From IMG/VR virus record IMGVR_UViG_3300034102_000864, positions 1 through 64,000 of that record: a stretch of DNA of 64,000 nucleotides. One strand, given 5' to 3'. Positions within the stretch are counted from its first letter, which is position 1; each line of letters opens with the position of its first letter. A program made the position numbers and the translations under genes. Source of the stretch: an uncultured virus (IMG/VR IMGVR_UViG_3300034102_000864). Lineage: Duplodnaviria; Heunggongvirae; Uroviricota; Caudoviricetes. Below are positions 11,163 through 21,375 of this stretch, one piece after another. The notes beneath the pieces are model-generated. The model saw only the letters and a program-made list of their open reading frames with translations. It searched no databases and was not told where the DNA came from.

Positions 11163-14100
11163 ATGGCAGACAGAACAAGATATACTGCTAACTTAGTTTC
11201 TGATAATAATCTGTATGTAGATCCAACTACAGATAGGGTTGGTATAGGAACCACAAATCCAACATCAAAACTCTATGTTGTTGGTGATACTTATGTAACT
11301 GGAATTTTAACAGCAAATAGAATTTTCAGTAACGTTTATGGTGAATTTACGGGTGGATCAATAAGTGGTGCTGATATTGTTGGAACAGCATTAAGTATTT
11401 CAGGAATCTCCACCTTTACTAATGGACCTGTGTTCATTGGTTCTGGAACATCAACAGGAACAGCATCACAAAGACTTCAAGTAACTGGTGGTGCTTATGT
11501 TTCTGGTAATCTTGGTATAGGTCTTACAAATCCATCGCAATCTCTACACGTTCAAGGTAACGCCAGAGTTACTGGTGCGGTTTATGATTCTACAAATTCT
11601 GCAGGAACATCGGGTCAGGTTCTTCAATCAACTGTAACTGGGACACAGTGGGTTTCTGCCGCTCCTGCTGGTGCTGTTACTGGTTTAGTAATTAGAGATT
11701 CTAACAATAATATTGTTGGATCATCTGGTAGTATAACTCAATTAACTTTTGGTAGTGGATTTGGTGTAACTGGAACTACAGGTCCTGCTGGTATTGCTAC
11801 CGTTACACTATCCAGTAATCTTGTAGGAACATCATTATCTATTTCTGGTATAAGTACTCTTGGTGTTACTAGTACCACTAACTTAACAGCACAGCAACTG
11901 AATGTTTCTGGTGTTGTTACTGCTACTTCATTCTATGGATCTGGTGCTAATTTAACAGGATTAATTGCGAATACCGTAGCAACATCTTCTACAACGACAC
12001 CGCAATTTATTGGATTCTTAACCACTAACTCTGGAATTAGTACTTCTATTTTAGCAAGTTCCACTTTAACTTATATTCCTTCATCTGGAAATTTGGGTAT
12101 AGGGACCACTGCACCAACATCAAAACTTGACGTAGTTGGTAATGTAAGAGTTTCTGGTATTTCTACCCTCGGTATTACTTCCACTACTAATCTAACAGCA
12201 CAGCAACTTAATGTTTCTGGAATTTCTACATTCCAATCAAGTAACTTAAAGGTAAGAAACCCAACAAACACTTTTGAGTATTCTATTGTTGGTTCTGCAA
12301 TTGCAGCAAATAGAAATCTTACGATACCTTTACTTACTGGTGATGATACTATTGCAACTCTTGGTTTAGATCAAACTTTTACTGGTAATCAAACTTTCGG
12401 TGGAACATTATCTGCAACAGCAACAATTAGCTTAAGTGGTGCTGGTGCAGGCGCTCACTTGTTCGGTAGCAACCAAACAACAGGAAGTTTAACATTTGGT
12501 GGGACTTCTGGTACTGGCAATATTACTTTTGGTCGCGCTACAACATCTCAAACAACTAATATTCAAGCAGGTGTTACTGCTTCTGGAAACCAAAAAACAA
12601 TCAACCTTGGTACTAGTGGTGCTTCTGGATCCTTTACTCAAATCAATATTGGTCCAGGTCCTTCTGCTGGTGTTGGTACTGTTTTAATTAATACCGGCAC
12701 TAGACTCGGTATTGGTTCTGCAATTCCAAGAGCAGCACTTGATGTTGCAGGAGATGTAAGAGTTTCTGGTGTCGTCACAGCAACTACTTTTGTTGGTGCA
12801 TTAACAGGTACTGCTACCACAGCAACAAAACTTGAAACCGCAAGAACGTTCCAAATCACTGGTGACGTTGTTGCTTCTGCTATTTCCTTTGATGGTACCG
12901 GTAATGTATCATTAGCAGCTACCATTCAACCCAATAGTGTTGGTTTAGGAACAGATACGACTGGTGATTATGTAACAAACATTACAGGAACTTCAAACCA
13001 AATCACAGTTACTTCTGGAACTGGAGAAGGTTCGACACCTACATTAAGTATTCCAAGTCAATTTACAGCACCACAAGATGTAACAGTTACTAGAGATCTA
13101 CAAGTCAATCGTAACTTAAATGTCAATGGCAATATTACAATTGGTGGAACATCTGCAGCATTATTTTCACAAACATTAAGTATATTTGACCCAGACATTG
13201 TTCTTGGTTATAGGACTGATGCATTTGGGAATGATGTTTCGAATGATAGTACTGCAAATCACGGTGGTGTTGCTCTTGCATCTACTGAAGGAACTCCACT
13301 GGTTGATCTTTTTATTGCTGGTATTGAAACTAATCCTTCCACATATAAGAAAATTATGTGGTTCAAGTCTGGTACTTTTAGTGGACTTGGAACTGATGCT
13401 TGGTTAATTAACTATGCTGTTGGTATTGGTTCCACTCAAGTACCCAATGAAGTAAGACTTGCTGCTGGTAATGTCCAATTCACCCAAAATGATTTAGCAG
13501 TCGTAAGAAACATTAATGCAAGTGGTGTTGTAACCGCAATATCATTTAGTGGTAATGCTTCAAGTGCTACTTACGCCACAACAGCAGGAGTATCTACATC
13601 AGTTATTGGTGGTATTGGTTCCATAACTCAATTAAGTGTTTCTGGTGTCTCAACAGTCGGTTTCTTAACGGCAACTGGTATTTGGAATGCTGGTATTACA
13701 ACCTCTTCAAGAATTACCCTCAACGGAGCAAACAACACCGCAGACGGTGGAGGACAAATATATCTCAACGGAGCAACAGGAAATCGTATTGACTTTAATA
13801 CAAATGGTATTGCTACTCCTACGTTTACAACAAGAAGTGCAGGAACCAAGATAGTTTTATATCCAACTAGTACTCCTAGTACTTCTGTTGATTATGCATT
13901 TGGTATTGCTAGTAATATTTTATGGTCTTCTGTTAATGATTCCGGAGCATCATTTAGATGGTATGCAGGAACCACACAACTCGCAGACCTCAAAGGAACT
14001 GGTGAGTTAGTTATTGGTTCTACAAGTCTCACTGGAACCGCATCACAAAGACTTCAAGTGACTGGTGGTGCTTATGTCAGTGGTTCTGTTGGAATTGCAA

Positions 14101-15248
14101 CTACAAACCCAGTAGCATCTCTCCAAGTCAAAGATGCACTGGCATTTGAGACCACAAACACCACAACCACAACTACCTCGCAAGTCGCAGTAGATACTTT
14201 CGCAACGGCAACATTCCGTTCTGCAAAATATCAGGCACAAATCACCTGTCCTGGTCAAATCTCAGTCTTGGGTGGCATCACAACTGGTGGAAGAGGATAC
14301 ACTGCTGGAACATTCAATGTGACCTTCACAACCTCTTCTGGTAATGGTTCAGCAGCACAAGGAACTCTAGTAGTTTCAAATGGAACTGTAGGACAAATTA
14401 GTGTTTCTTCTGGTGGTTCTGGTTATACTGCTGGTGATGTTCTCACAGCATCAGGTGGTTCAGGACTTCAAGTTTCTGTCGGCACAACTTCAGGAACAGG
14501 TGCTATTCTCACTCTTGGTTCAATTACAAGTGCTGGTATTGGTTACACTGCTGGCGTTGGAGTTGGAACTACATCTCTTACATTCTTGGGTGGAACTGGA
14601 ACTGGTGCCGTAGGACTTGCAACGATCTTTGATGGTGTAATTACAAGTTCTACATTACTCCAACAACCAACTACAGGAACTGGTGGAACCACTTACTATT
14701 CTGGTTCTAACTATTCAACAGCATCAGTTCTTTCAGTCACTAGATCTGATTTGACAAATACCATCACAACAATCACTGGTTCTGTCGGTGTTTCTACATT
14801 TACATCACTTACAACACACGGATTATTTGTAAATGATATTATTCGTTCTTCAAGTACATCTAATGGATTAACTGCTGGTACTGATTATTATGTTGTGACC
14901 ACTCCAACTACAACAACATTTACACTTGGAACTTCTCTTGGTGTTGGAATTACATTCACTGCAGGAACTTCACTTTCAATTGGTTTCTTCCGCAATAGTG
15001 CAAATGCTGGTGGACAAGTTGCTTATACAAATGCAATCACTGGAGTTTCGACAAATCATCAGGTCAGTGATTTGATGGTTCTTCAAAATGGAACTAATGC
15101 TGACTTTATTGAATATGCAACGATTGCAAATGATGATGTTCTTGGAACGTTTGCTGCTGATATTTCTGGTGCGAATGCAAGATTATTATTCACGCCAACC
15201 TATCCAAACAATACCATTAAAGTCGCAAGACAGGCAATTACGGTATGA
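11163..15248 (+). CDS. Tail-fibre-like protein
   Basis: 1361 aa; shares long near-identical modules with 1706..7522. C-terminal FRSAKY...EYATI...ARLLFTP domain is split by a Gly-rich insertion. Confidence 0.75.
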   Translation: MADRTRYTANLVSDNNLYVDPTTDRVGIGTTNPTSKLYVVGDTYVTGILTANRIFSNVYGEFTGGSISGADIVGTALSISGISTFTNGPVFIGSGTSTGTASQRLQVTGGAYVSGNLGIGLTNPSQSLHVQGNARVTGAVYDSTNSAGTSGQVLQSTVTGTQWVSAAPAGAVTGLVIRDSNNNIVGSSGSITQLTFGSGFGVTGTTGPAGIATVTLSSNLVGTSLSISGISTLGVTSTTNLTAQQLNVSGVVTATSFYGSGANLTGLIANTVATSSTTTPQFIGFLTTNSGISTSILASSTLTYIPSSGNLGIGTTAPTSKLDVVGNVRVSGISTLGITSTTNLTAQQLNVSGISTFQSSNLKVRNPTNTFEYSIVGSAIAANRNLTIPLLTGDDTIATLGLDQTFTGNQTFGGTLSATATISLSGAGAGAHLFGSNQTTGSLTFGGTSGTGNITFGRATTSQTTNIQAGVTASGNQKTINLGTSGASGSFTQINIGPGPSAGVGTVLINTGTRLGIGSAIPRAALDVAGDVRVSGVVTATTFVGALTGTATTATKLETARTFQITGDVVASAISFDGTGNVSLAATIQPNSVGLGTDTTGDYVTNITGTSNQITVTSGTGEGSTPTLSIPSQFTAPQDVTVTRDLQVNRNLNVNGNITIGGTSAALFSQTLSIFDPDIVLGYRTDAFGNDVSNDSTANHGGVALASTEGTPLVDLFIAGIETNPSTYKKIMWFKSGTFSGLGTDAWLINYAVGIGSTQVPNEVRLAAGNVQFTQNDLAVVRNINASGVVTAISFSGNASSATYATTAGVSTSVIGGIGSITQLSVSGVSTVGFLTATGIWNAGITTSSRITLNGANNTADGGGQIYLNGATGNRIDFNTNGIATPTFTTRSAGTKIVLYPTSTPSTSVDYAFGIASNILWSSVNDSGASFRWYAGTTQLADLKGTGELVIGSTSLTGTASQRLQVTGGAYVSGSVGIATTNPVASLQVKDALAFETTNTTTTTTSQVAVDTFATATFRSAKYQAQITCPGQISVLGGITTGGRGYTAGTFNVTFTTSSGNGSAAQGTLVVSNGTVGQISVSSGGSGYTAGDVLTASGGSGLQVSVGTTSGTGAILTLGSITSAGIGYTAGVGVGTTSLTFLGGTGTGAVGLATIFDGVITSSTLLQQPTTGTGGTTYYSGSNYSTASVLSVTRSDLTNTITTITGSVGVSTFTSLTTHGLFVNDIIRSSSTSNGLTAGTDYYVVTTPTTTTFTLGTSLGVGITFTAGTSLSIGFFRNSANAGGQVAYTNAITGVSTNHQVSDLMVLQNGTNADFIEYATIANDDVLGTFAADISGANARLLFTPTYPNNTIKVARQAITV

Positions 15249-16666
15249 GTATTATAAGAAACGGAATATTAAGTGCTGATTTAGACGCACCTATAACAGC
15301 ACCGACACTTAATTTAGACTTTGCAAACTCACAAAGTTTAGACCCACGTATTACATTCACTCGGGGTTCGATTGGAACTCGTGTGAATAAGAATGGATTG
15401 ATTGAGATAGTACCAGCAAATCAACCAAGATTTGATTATGACCCTATCAGTGGTGAGTGTAAGGGTTTATTGATTGAGGAACAGAGAACTAATTTAGTTA
15501 CGAACAGTACAAGTGCAACCTTTACTGGTCTTACTGGACTTTCAACCACAACTGATGGTTCATTAGCACCAGATGGAAATCCTGCAATTGTTTATATTCC
15601 AACAACATCTGCAACTTATCACGCGAGTAATAGTGACTTTTGTACTCTCAATTTAGATACTGTTGGAATTGCAACAGGTTCTAGTTTGGATGTAACTTAC
15701 TCTATGTGGATTAAAGATTATAATAGTAGTGATTTGGGAGTTTATTTTGTAACACAGGCAGATATTTCTGGAACATCTCCTTCTTATGCACTAAGAATTG
15801 CAAAACCAAAAGCACCAACTTGGATTGGTGGTACTTTAAATACTGGTTGGACAAGAAATTATGAAAAAATAGTACCATATCAAAATGGTTGGTATAGATT
15901 TATTCAGTCATACAGATATACAAGGCAGACAAGTTATAACAGATTGGCATTTTATATACAGATTTATAATAATCGTAACGTACAAACTTATCGTGGTGAT
16001 GGGACTTCTGGAATTTATATCTGGGGACCACAAGTAGAAACAGCAGTCTCACCATCACAAGCACCCTTTGAGACTTCTTATATTCCAACATCAGGTTCTC
16101 AAGTTACAAGAAGTCCAGATTTGGCACGACTTCAAGAACCTTATTTTTCTCCAATCTTTAATAAGTATGAGGGAAGTGTATCAGTTAATTACAATATTGA
16201 TAATCCTGTGGATACTGGAACTGTCTATGGATTGCAAAGGACCCAAACTTTATTTTACATTGGAGATAAAAATGATGTCACATATCAAGGATATGGAGTG
16301 AATATTAGTAGGTCAACTGCATTTGTGCATAGATTATCTGGTCAGGCATTTACTCAAACTGCTAATGCTTCAACTGGAAGTGTTTATGCATTAAATTCTC
16401 CAATCAATAATGGAAAATTTTGTTTTACATACGACCAAAATAAACTTAAAGTTTCTTGCGATGCTCTTAGTAATATAACTTCTTTAAATCGTTTAGGAAC
16501 TTATAATCAACAACAATCTATTACTACACAAGTTTTCAATGAACTTACAATTGGGTGGGGAAATAATTCTGGTTTTGGTAATAGATATATTACTGGAACC
16601 ATCAAATCTCTTCAATATTATCCAAAAGCATTAAATGATGCTGAGATGTTATATCTAACGAGGTAA
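15245..16666 (+). CDS. Fibre/spike-like protein, paralog 1 (conserved N-terminus, variable middle, ConA/LamG-like C-terminus)
   Basis: LNLDF...ITFTRGSIGT...PRFDYDP...GLLIEE N-terminus; WGPQVE...TSYIPT hinge. Confidence 0.65.
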   Translation: MSIIRNGILSADLDAPITAPTLNLDFANSQSLDPRITFTRGSIGTRVNKNGLIEIVPANQPRFDYDPISGECKGLLIEEQRTNLVTNSTSATFTGLTGLSTTTDGSLAPDGNPAIVYIPTTSATYHASNSDFCTLNLDTVGIATGSSLDVTYSMWIKDYNSSDLGVYFVTQADISGTSPSYALRIAKPKAPTWIGGTLNTGWTRNYEKIVPYQNGWYRFIQSYRYTRQTSYNRLAFYIQIYNNRNVQTYRGDGTSGIYIWGPQVETAVSPSQAPFETSYIPTSGSQVTRSPDLARLQEPYFSPIFNKYEGSVSVNYNIDNPVDTGTVYGLQRTQTLFYIGDKNDVTYQGYGVNISRSTAFVHRLSGQAFTQTANASTGSVYALNSPINNGKFCFTYDQNKLKVSCDALSNITSLNRLGTYNQQQSITTQVFNELTIGWGNNSGFGNRYITGTIKSLQYYPKALNDAEMLYLTR

Positions 16667-16667
16667 T

Positions 16668-17969
16668 ATGTCTAAAATACTCATAGGTCGTGGTGATACT
16701 GATTTAAATTATCCAATCTGTCGTCCAAGTTTAGACTTGGATTTCACACAAGAAGAGTTAGATCCTCGCATTACATTCACCAGAGGAAGTATTGGAACTC
16801 GTGTCAATCGTAATCGTTTGATTGAAACTGTTGATGCAAATCAACCAAGATTTGATTATGACCCTGTGACTGGTGAGTGTAAGGGTTTATTGATTGAGGA
16901 GAGTAGGCAGAACTTATTTACAAATAGTAACGACTTTACAGTTTGGACTAAACAAACAACAGGAACTGGTGTAGTTGGCATTACAACAAATTATACTACT
17001 TCTCCTGATGGAACAACAAATGCAACCAGATATTTTATTCAAAATGGTGGAGGAACATTTTATTCCATTTTTAGAGGAGTATCTCCAATATCTGCAAATA
17101 CTTCATATTCATATTCAATTTTTGTAAAAGCAAGCACAACTGTTCCAGTTCCAGCATCTTCATTTACTTTGGTTGTCTTTGATGGATCTATTGCAAGTTT
17201 TGTTACTTATAATTTAAATACGGGAACTATTCAATCAACATTTGCGAATACCAATCTAACAATCGGTTCTGGTTCCACCATTACAAATTATGGAAATGGT
17301 TGGTACAGATGTGTATTTGTGTTTTCGCATTCTGTTGGTGGAAGTGGATTTCAATTTAAAGCAGATATAGGTTCAACAAGACACAATCAAGAATTGTTTA
17401 TTTACGGAGCACAATTAGAAGCAGGAGCATTTCCAACATCTTATATACCCACAACAGCATCCACAGTCACTCGTTCTGCTGATACTGCTTCTATGACTGG
17501 AACTAACTTCTCAAGTTGGTATAATCAAAATGAAGGAACGATATATGTTAATAATAAGATACCTTATACACCATCATCAGTTTCTTTATATTTTTTAATT
17601 TTTGGAATTAATGCTGGAAATAGACATAGTATTGAACAAACAACAGCAAATGGATTGACTTATATTACTCAAAATAGTGGTGGAATACAATACTGGAGCA
17701 CTTCTGGTTCTGGAGTATTACCCGCAAATACAAACAGAAAAACCACATATGCATATAGTTCTTCTAATATTAAAACTTTATTATCGGGAACTTCCAATCA
17801 AACTTATACATTTAGTGTGAAATCAACTACCGATGTTTATAAATCTATGACGACTATGTATATTGGAAGATTTAGTGATAGTTTATATTTTTTAAACGGA
17901 ACCATAAGTCGTCTCACTTATTACCCAAGAGCACTCAAACCAAATCAACTTCAACTCTTAACACAGTAA
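16668..17969 (+). CDS. Fibre/spike-like protein, paralog 2
   Basis: Same N-terminal motif; GAQLEAGAFPTSYIPT hinge; ISRLTYYP C-terminus. Confidence 0.65.
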   Translation: MSKILIGRGDTDLNYPICRPSLDLDFTQEELDPRITFTRGSIGTRVNRNRLIETVDANQPRFDYDPVTGECKGLLIEESRQNLFTNSNDFTVWTKQTTGTGVVGITTNYTTSPDGTTNATRYFIQNGGGTFYSIFRGVSPISANTSYSYSIFVKASTTVPVPASSFTLVVFDGSIASFVTYNLNTGTIQSTFANTNLTIGSGSTITNYGNGWYRCVFVFSHSVGGSGFQFKADIGSTRHNQELFIYGAQLEAGAFPTSYIPTTASTVTRSADTASMTGTNFSSWYNQNEGTIYVNNKIPYTPSSVSLYFLIFGINAGNRHSIEQTTANGLTYITQNSGGIQYWSTSGSGVLPANTNRKTTYAYSSSNIKTLLSGTSNQTYTFSVKSTTDVYKSMTTMYIGRFSDSLYFLNGTISRLTYYPRALKPNQLQLLTQ

Positions 17970-17970
17970 G

Positions 17971-19182
17971 ATGTCTATACTTTCTCTTCAAAAACAATCA
18001 CAAAACACAGACTTTCCAAATGTTCGCCCATCTTTGGATTTGAGATTTGCTCTTGCGAAAAAGTTAGACCCACGCATTACATTCACTCGTGGAAGCACTG
18101 GAACTTATTTTGGTCCTGATGGTCTTATGAGAACTGCTGATGTGAATGAACCAAGATTCGACCACGATCCAATTTCAGGGCAAAGTTTGGGATTGTTGAT
18201 TGAGGAGAGTAGAATTAATCAATTAGTAAGAGGTGATATTGAAGGAACTGTTGGAGCACAACCAACTGGGATGCAACTTTTTGGTCCAAGTAATGGGCAA
18301 ACTGCTGTTGTATCAACTGATGTATTTTTAGGACCAAACGGACAATCTTGTAAACATACAAGAGGTACTTGGTCAGATAGTAATATTGGATACTTTGGTA
18401 GTGGAACAGTGACTGCTGGTTCCACTTATGTTTTTTCTGCTTATGTTTATATTCCTTCTTCGCAAGCAAAAAACTTTGAAGGGAAAACTGTAAGATTTTC
18501 TATGGAAAGTCCAAATACAGGTTCAACTCTTGCTTCTGCTGATGTAACAATTGTAGACAGATGGCAGAGAGTATGGGGAACTTGTGTTCCTTCTACGACT
18601 TCTGCTACTTGGGTTTTAAGAACAACTGCAAATACTGGTAGTTTCTTTTATACTGATTGCTGGCAATTAGAACTTGGTAGTCTTCCAACATCCTATATGC
18701 CTGCTTCTGGAGGTTCTCAATTCACAAGAAGTGCTGATACTGCTTCTATGACTGGAACTAATTTCTCAAGTTGGTATAATCAAAGTGAAGGAACTATTTC
18801 TGTAGATTGTGCAAGTCCTACACTATCTATTATTCCTGTTGCAATTTCTGATGGAACTGTAAGTAACAGATTTCAATTAGAGGTAGGTACAAATGCAAGA
18901 GGTGTTCGTGTTGTATTTAATGGAATACTTCAAACATCATATATTTCTTATACTTATAACACAAAACAAAAAATGATAATGAGTTATAGTTCAAGTTCTG
19001 TTAATTTTGTAAATGCTGGTGTTGTAGCAACTCTTATTAGACCACAAGGAATACCTAATGTAAATATTTTGAGAATAGGAGCAAATGTTGCTAATGCTGG
19101 TCAAAATAATTTACCAATAAGTCGTCTCACATACTATCCAATCCAACTCACCAATCAACAACTTATAAATTTAACCAACTAA
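17971..19182 (+). CDS. Fibre/spike-like protein, paralog 3
   Basis: Same N-terminal motif; WQLELGSLPTSYMP hinge; ISRLTYYP C-terminus. Confidence 0.65.
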   Translation: MSILSLQKQSQNTDFPNVRPSLDLRFALAKKLDPRITFTRGSTGTYFGPDGLMRTADVNEPRFDHDPISGQSLGLLIEESRINQLVRGDIEGTVGAQPTGMQLFGPSNGQTAVVSTDVFLGPNGQSCKHTRGTWSDSNIGYFGSGTVTAGSTYVFSAYVYIPSSQAKNFEGKTVRFSMESPNTGSTLASADVTIVDRWQRVWGTCVPSTTSATWVLRTTANTGSFFYTDCWQLELGSLPTSYMPASGGSQFTRSADTASMTGTNFSSWYNQSEGTISVDCASPTLSIIPVAISDGTVSNRFQLEVGTNARGVRVVFNGILQTSYISYTYNTKQKMIMSYSSSSVNFVNAGVVATLIRPQGIPNVNILRIGANVANAGQNNLPISRLTYYPIQLTNQQLINLTN

Positions 19183-19200
19183 ATACTAATAAAACTCATT

Positions 19201-19521
19201 ATGATAGATTACTACCTAAAATTTACCACAGAAGAAGAAGCATTCCAAGCATTCAAGGAAGCAGGTTATACTTCACAAGATGAAGAAGGAAAAGAGTTTA
19301 TCATTTCAGCAACTCACCAGTATTGTGTCGATGAGGTTGGAACCATTTACAAAGGTGGTAAGTGGGAACCAAATGAATCTGGTGAGATTGTACTGATTGA
19401 AGAACCTGTGAGACTTGATGGTTGGCATATTAATGTAAGAATATTAAGTGGTGATATTGCTGAAAACTTGAAGGACTTTGTGATTGATAATCCCAAGACA
19501 CCTTATCGCATTTTCGGATAA
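19201..19521 (+). CDS. Small acidic protein, possible fibre assembly partner
   Basis: 106 aa, MIDYYLKF...DGWHINVR...PKTPYRIF, directly after the three paralogs. Confidence 0.55.
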   Translation: MIDYYLKFTTEEEAFQAFKEAGYTSQDEEGKEFIISATHQYCVDEVGTIYKGGKWEPNESGEIVLIEEPVRLDGWHINVRILSGDIAENLKDFVIDNPKTPYRIFG

Positions 19522-19528
19522 TAAGTAG

Positions 19529-21043
19529 ATGGCAAACCTATTTGGCACAGGCATAAACCAAATTCCAACAAATGGAATGTTGGGGAACCTTGCGTTCCAG
19601 GATAAGGCATATGTAAGTGTTGATAAGGTTGGTATAGGTTCTACATTTGTTGATAGTGGAACAGTAGGGCAGATATTACAGGTTTATGGTGGTGGTGCTT
19701 ATATTGATGGTAGTGTTGGAGTAGGAACCACAAATCCAACAGTAAAATTGGATGTAGTTGGTGGTGCTAAGTTTACTGGTGTTGTAACAGCATCAAGTTT
19801 TATCGGTAATGCTTCAAGTGCATCATATGCTACAACCGCTGGTATAGCAACTTACTCCACTACAGCAGGGATATCTACTTATGCAACCACTGCTGGTATT
19901 GCAACTTATGCAACCTCAAGTGGAATAGCAACTTATGCTACAACAGCAGGAGTATCCACAAGTGTCATAGGTGGTATAGGTTCAATTACACAACTTCAAG
20001 TAACTGGAATCTCAACCTTTACTAACGGACCAGTATTAATTGGAACGGCAACCTCAACAGGAACAGCATCACAAAGACTTCAAGTTACTGGTGGTGCTTA
20101 TGTTTCTGATAATGTTGGTATAGGAACCACAAATCCACAAACAAAACTTGAAGTTAATGGTATTATTGGATTTACTGGAATTACTGATCCATTTTCTGAA
20201 TTTAGAAATAATATAAGAATAGGTGATAGTAGTACAGGTTCTAATTTAACTCCAGGATCTCCATCGAATTTCAGTGGTCTTGATAATATCCTTATTGGTC
20301 GTTCTGCTGGTACTGCTACTACTTCTGGATCTAAAAATATTTTTATAGGTCGTCTTGCTGGTCTTAGTAATACTAATGGGGACGTAAATATTTTTATTGG
20401 AGACGGTGCTGGACAATACAATACATCTGGAGTTGGTAATATTTTCCTAGGACAAACATCTGGTTCTAGTAATACTTCTGGAGGTATAAATAATTTTATT
20501 GGATATGATGCAGGTCTAGGAAATATAAGTGGAAGTGAAAATAACTTCTTTGGTAGAGGTGCTGGATATTATAATACCACAGGAGATTATAATAATTTTA
20601 TTGGTCAATATTCTGCAGAAAATAATACTACTGGTTCTCAAAATAATTTCTTTGGAAGGTTTTCCGGATTTAATAATATTAGTGGATCCAAAAATACCTT
20701 TATAGGAAATTATACTGGCATATCAACAGCAGCGTCCAACAAAGTTATTATTGGTTTAGGTTTTAATTATTCATATCCTTTTGATTCCCCAAGTACCACT
20801 AAAGATACTCAATTTGCTGTAGGTGTAAGAACAGATTCTAATGCATCTAGATACTGGTTAGTTGGTGATGAGAACTTTAATGTTGGTATAGGAACTATAT
20901 CACCATCATTCAAGGCAGACATTGCAGGTGACGCAAGAGTAACTTCCACAAACAAAATGAGATTCGGTGGAACCGCAGGAACCACAAACTTCTATATACA
21001 GTACAACTCAACTACAAATAGTTTGGATTTTGTAGCAGGATAA
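19529..21043 (+). CDS. Fibre-like protein with YATTAG repeats and a 14-aa NxFxG beta-helix repeat region
   Basis: (YATTAGI)n at ~19820-19960; NIFIG/NNFFG repeats at ~20280-20750. Confidence 0.7.
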   Translation: MANLFGTGINQIPTNGMLGNLAFQDKAYVSVDKVGIGSTFVDSGTVGQILQVYGGGAYIDGSVGVGTTNPTVKLDVVGGAKFTGVVTASSFIGNASSASYATTAGIATYSTTAGISTYATTAGIATYATSSGIATYATTAGVSTSVIGGIGSITQLQVTGISTFTNGPVLIGTATSTGTASQRLQVTGGAYVSDNVGIGTTNPQTKLEVNGIIGFTGITDPFSEFRNNIRIGDSSTGSNLTPGSPSNFSGLDNILIGRSAGTATTSGSKNIFIGRLAGLSNTNGDVNIFIGDGAGQYNTSGVGNIFLGQTSGSSNTSGGINNFIGYDAGLGNISGSENNFFGRGAGYYNTTGDYNNFIGQYSAENNTTGSQNNFFGRFSGFNNISGSKNTFIGNYTGISTAASNKVIIGLGFNYSYPFDSPSTTKDTQFAVGVRTDSNASRYWLVGDENFNVGIGTISPSFKADIAGDARVTSTNKMRFGGTAGTTNFYIQYNSTTNSLDFVAG

Positions 21044-21047
21044 GATT

Positions 21048-21344
21048 ATGGGTGTTGTAGGAAGATTAGATCAATATGCATCGATGCTTGCTGGTGAGTT
21101 TGATGAGACCACAGCAAACAATCCAAGTATCACTGGACTTGGAACTTATTATGCTTCAGAGTTTTCTGAGAATGTTGGAATAACTACCACACTATCAGCA
21201 AATGTCTTTGCTCCTTATGACCCTGTATATGATGAGTTTGGTGGAACTCTATTTGGTGCAGGACAAGGAAGGTATATGAGACATAATACTGATAAGACGG
21301 TGATTGTTTATAATGAAATTGATGAAGTCACAACTATTTACTAA
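21048..21344 (+). CDS. Hypothetical protein in the structural region
   Basis: 98 aa ORF filling the gap between structural genes. Confidence 0.6.
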   Translation: MGVVGRLDQYASMLAGEFDETTANNPSITGLGTYYASEFSENVGITTTLSANVFAPYDPVYDEFGGTLFGAGQGRYMRHNTDKTVIVYNEIDEVTTIY

Positions 21345-21346
21345 CA

Positions 21347-21354
21347 CATAAATA
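21347..21354 (+). promoter_or_regulatory. T4-type late promoter
   Basis: CATAAATA about 20 nt upstream of the 21376 ATG. Confidence 0.5.
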
Positions 21355-21375
21355 TAACAAAGGTATTCATTAATT

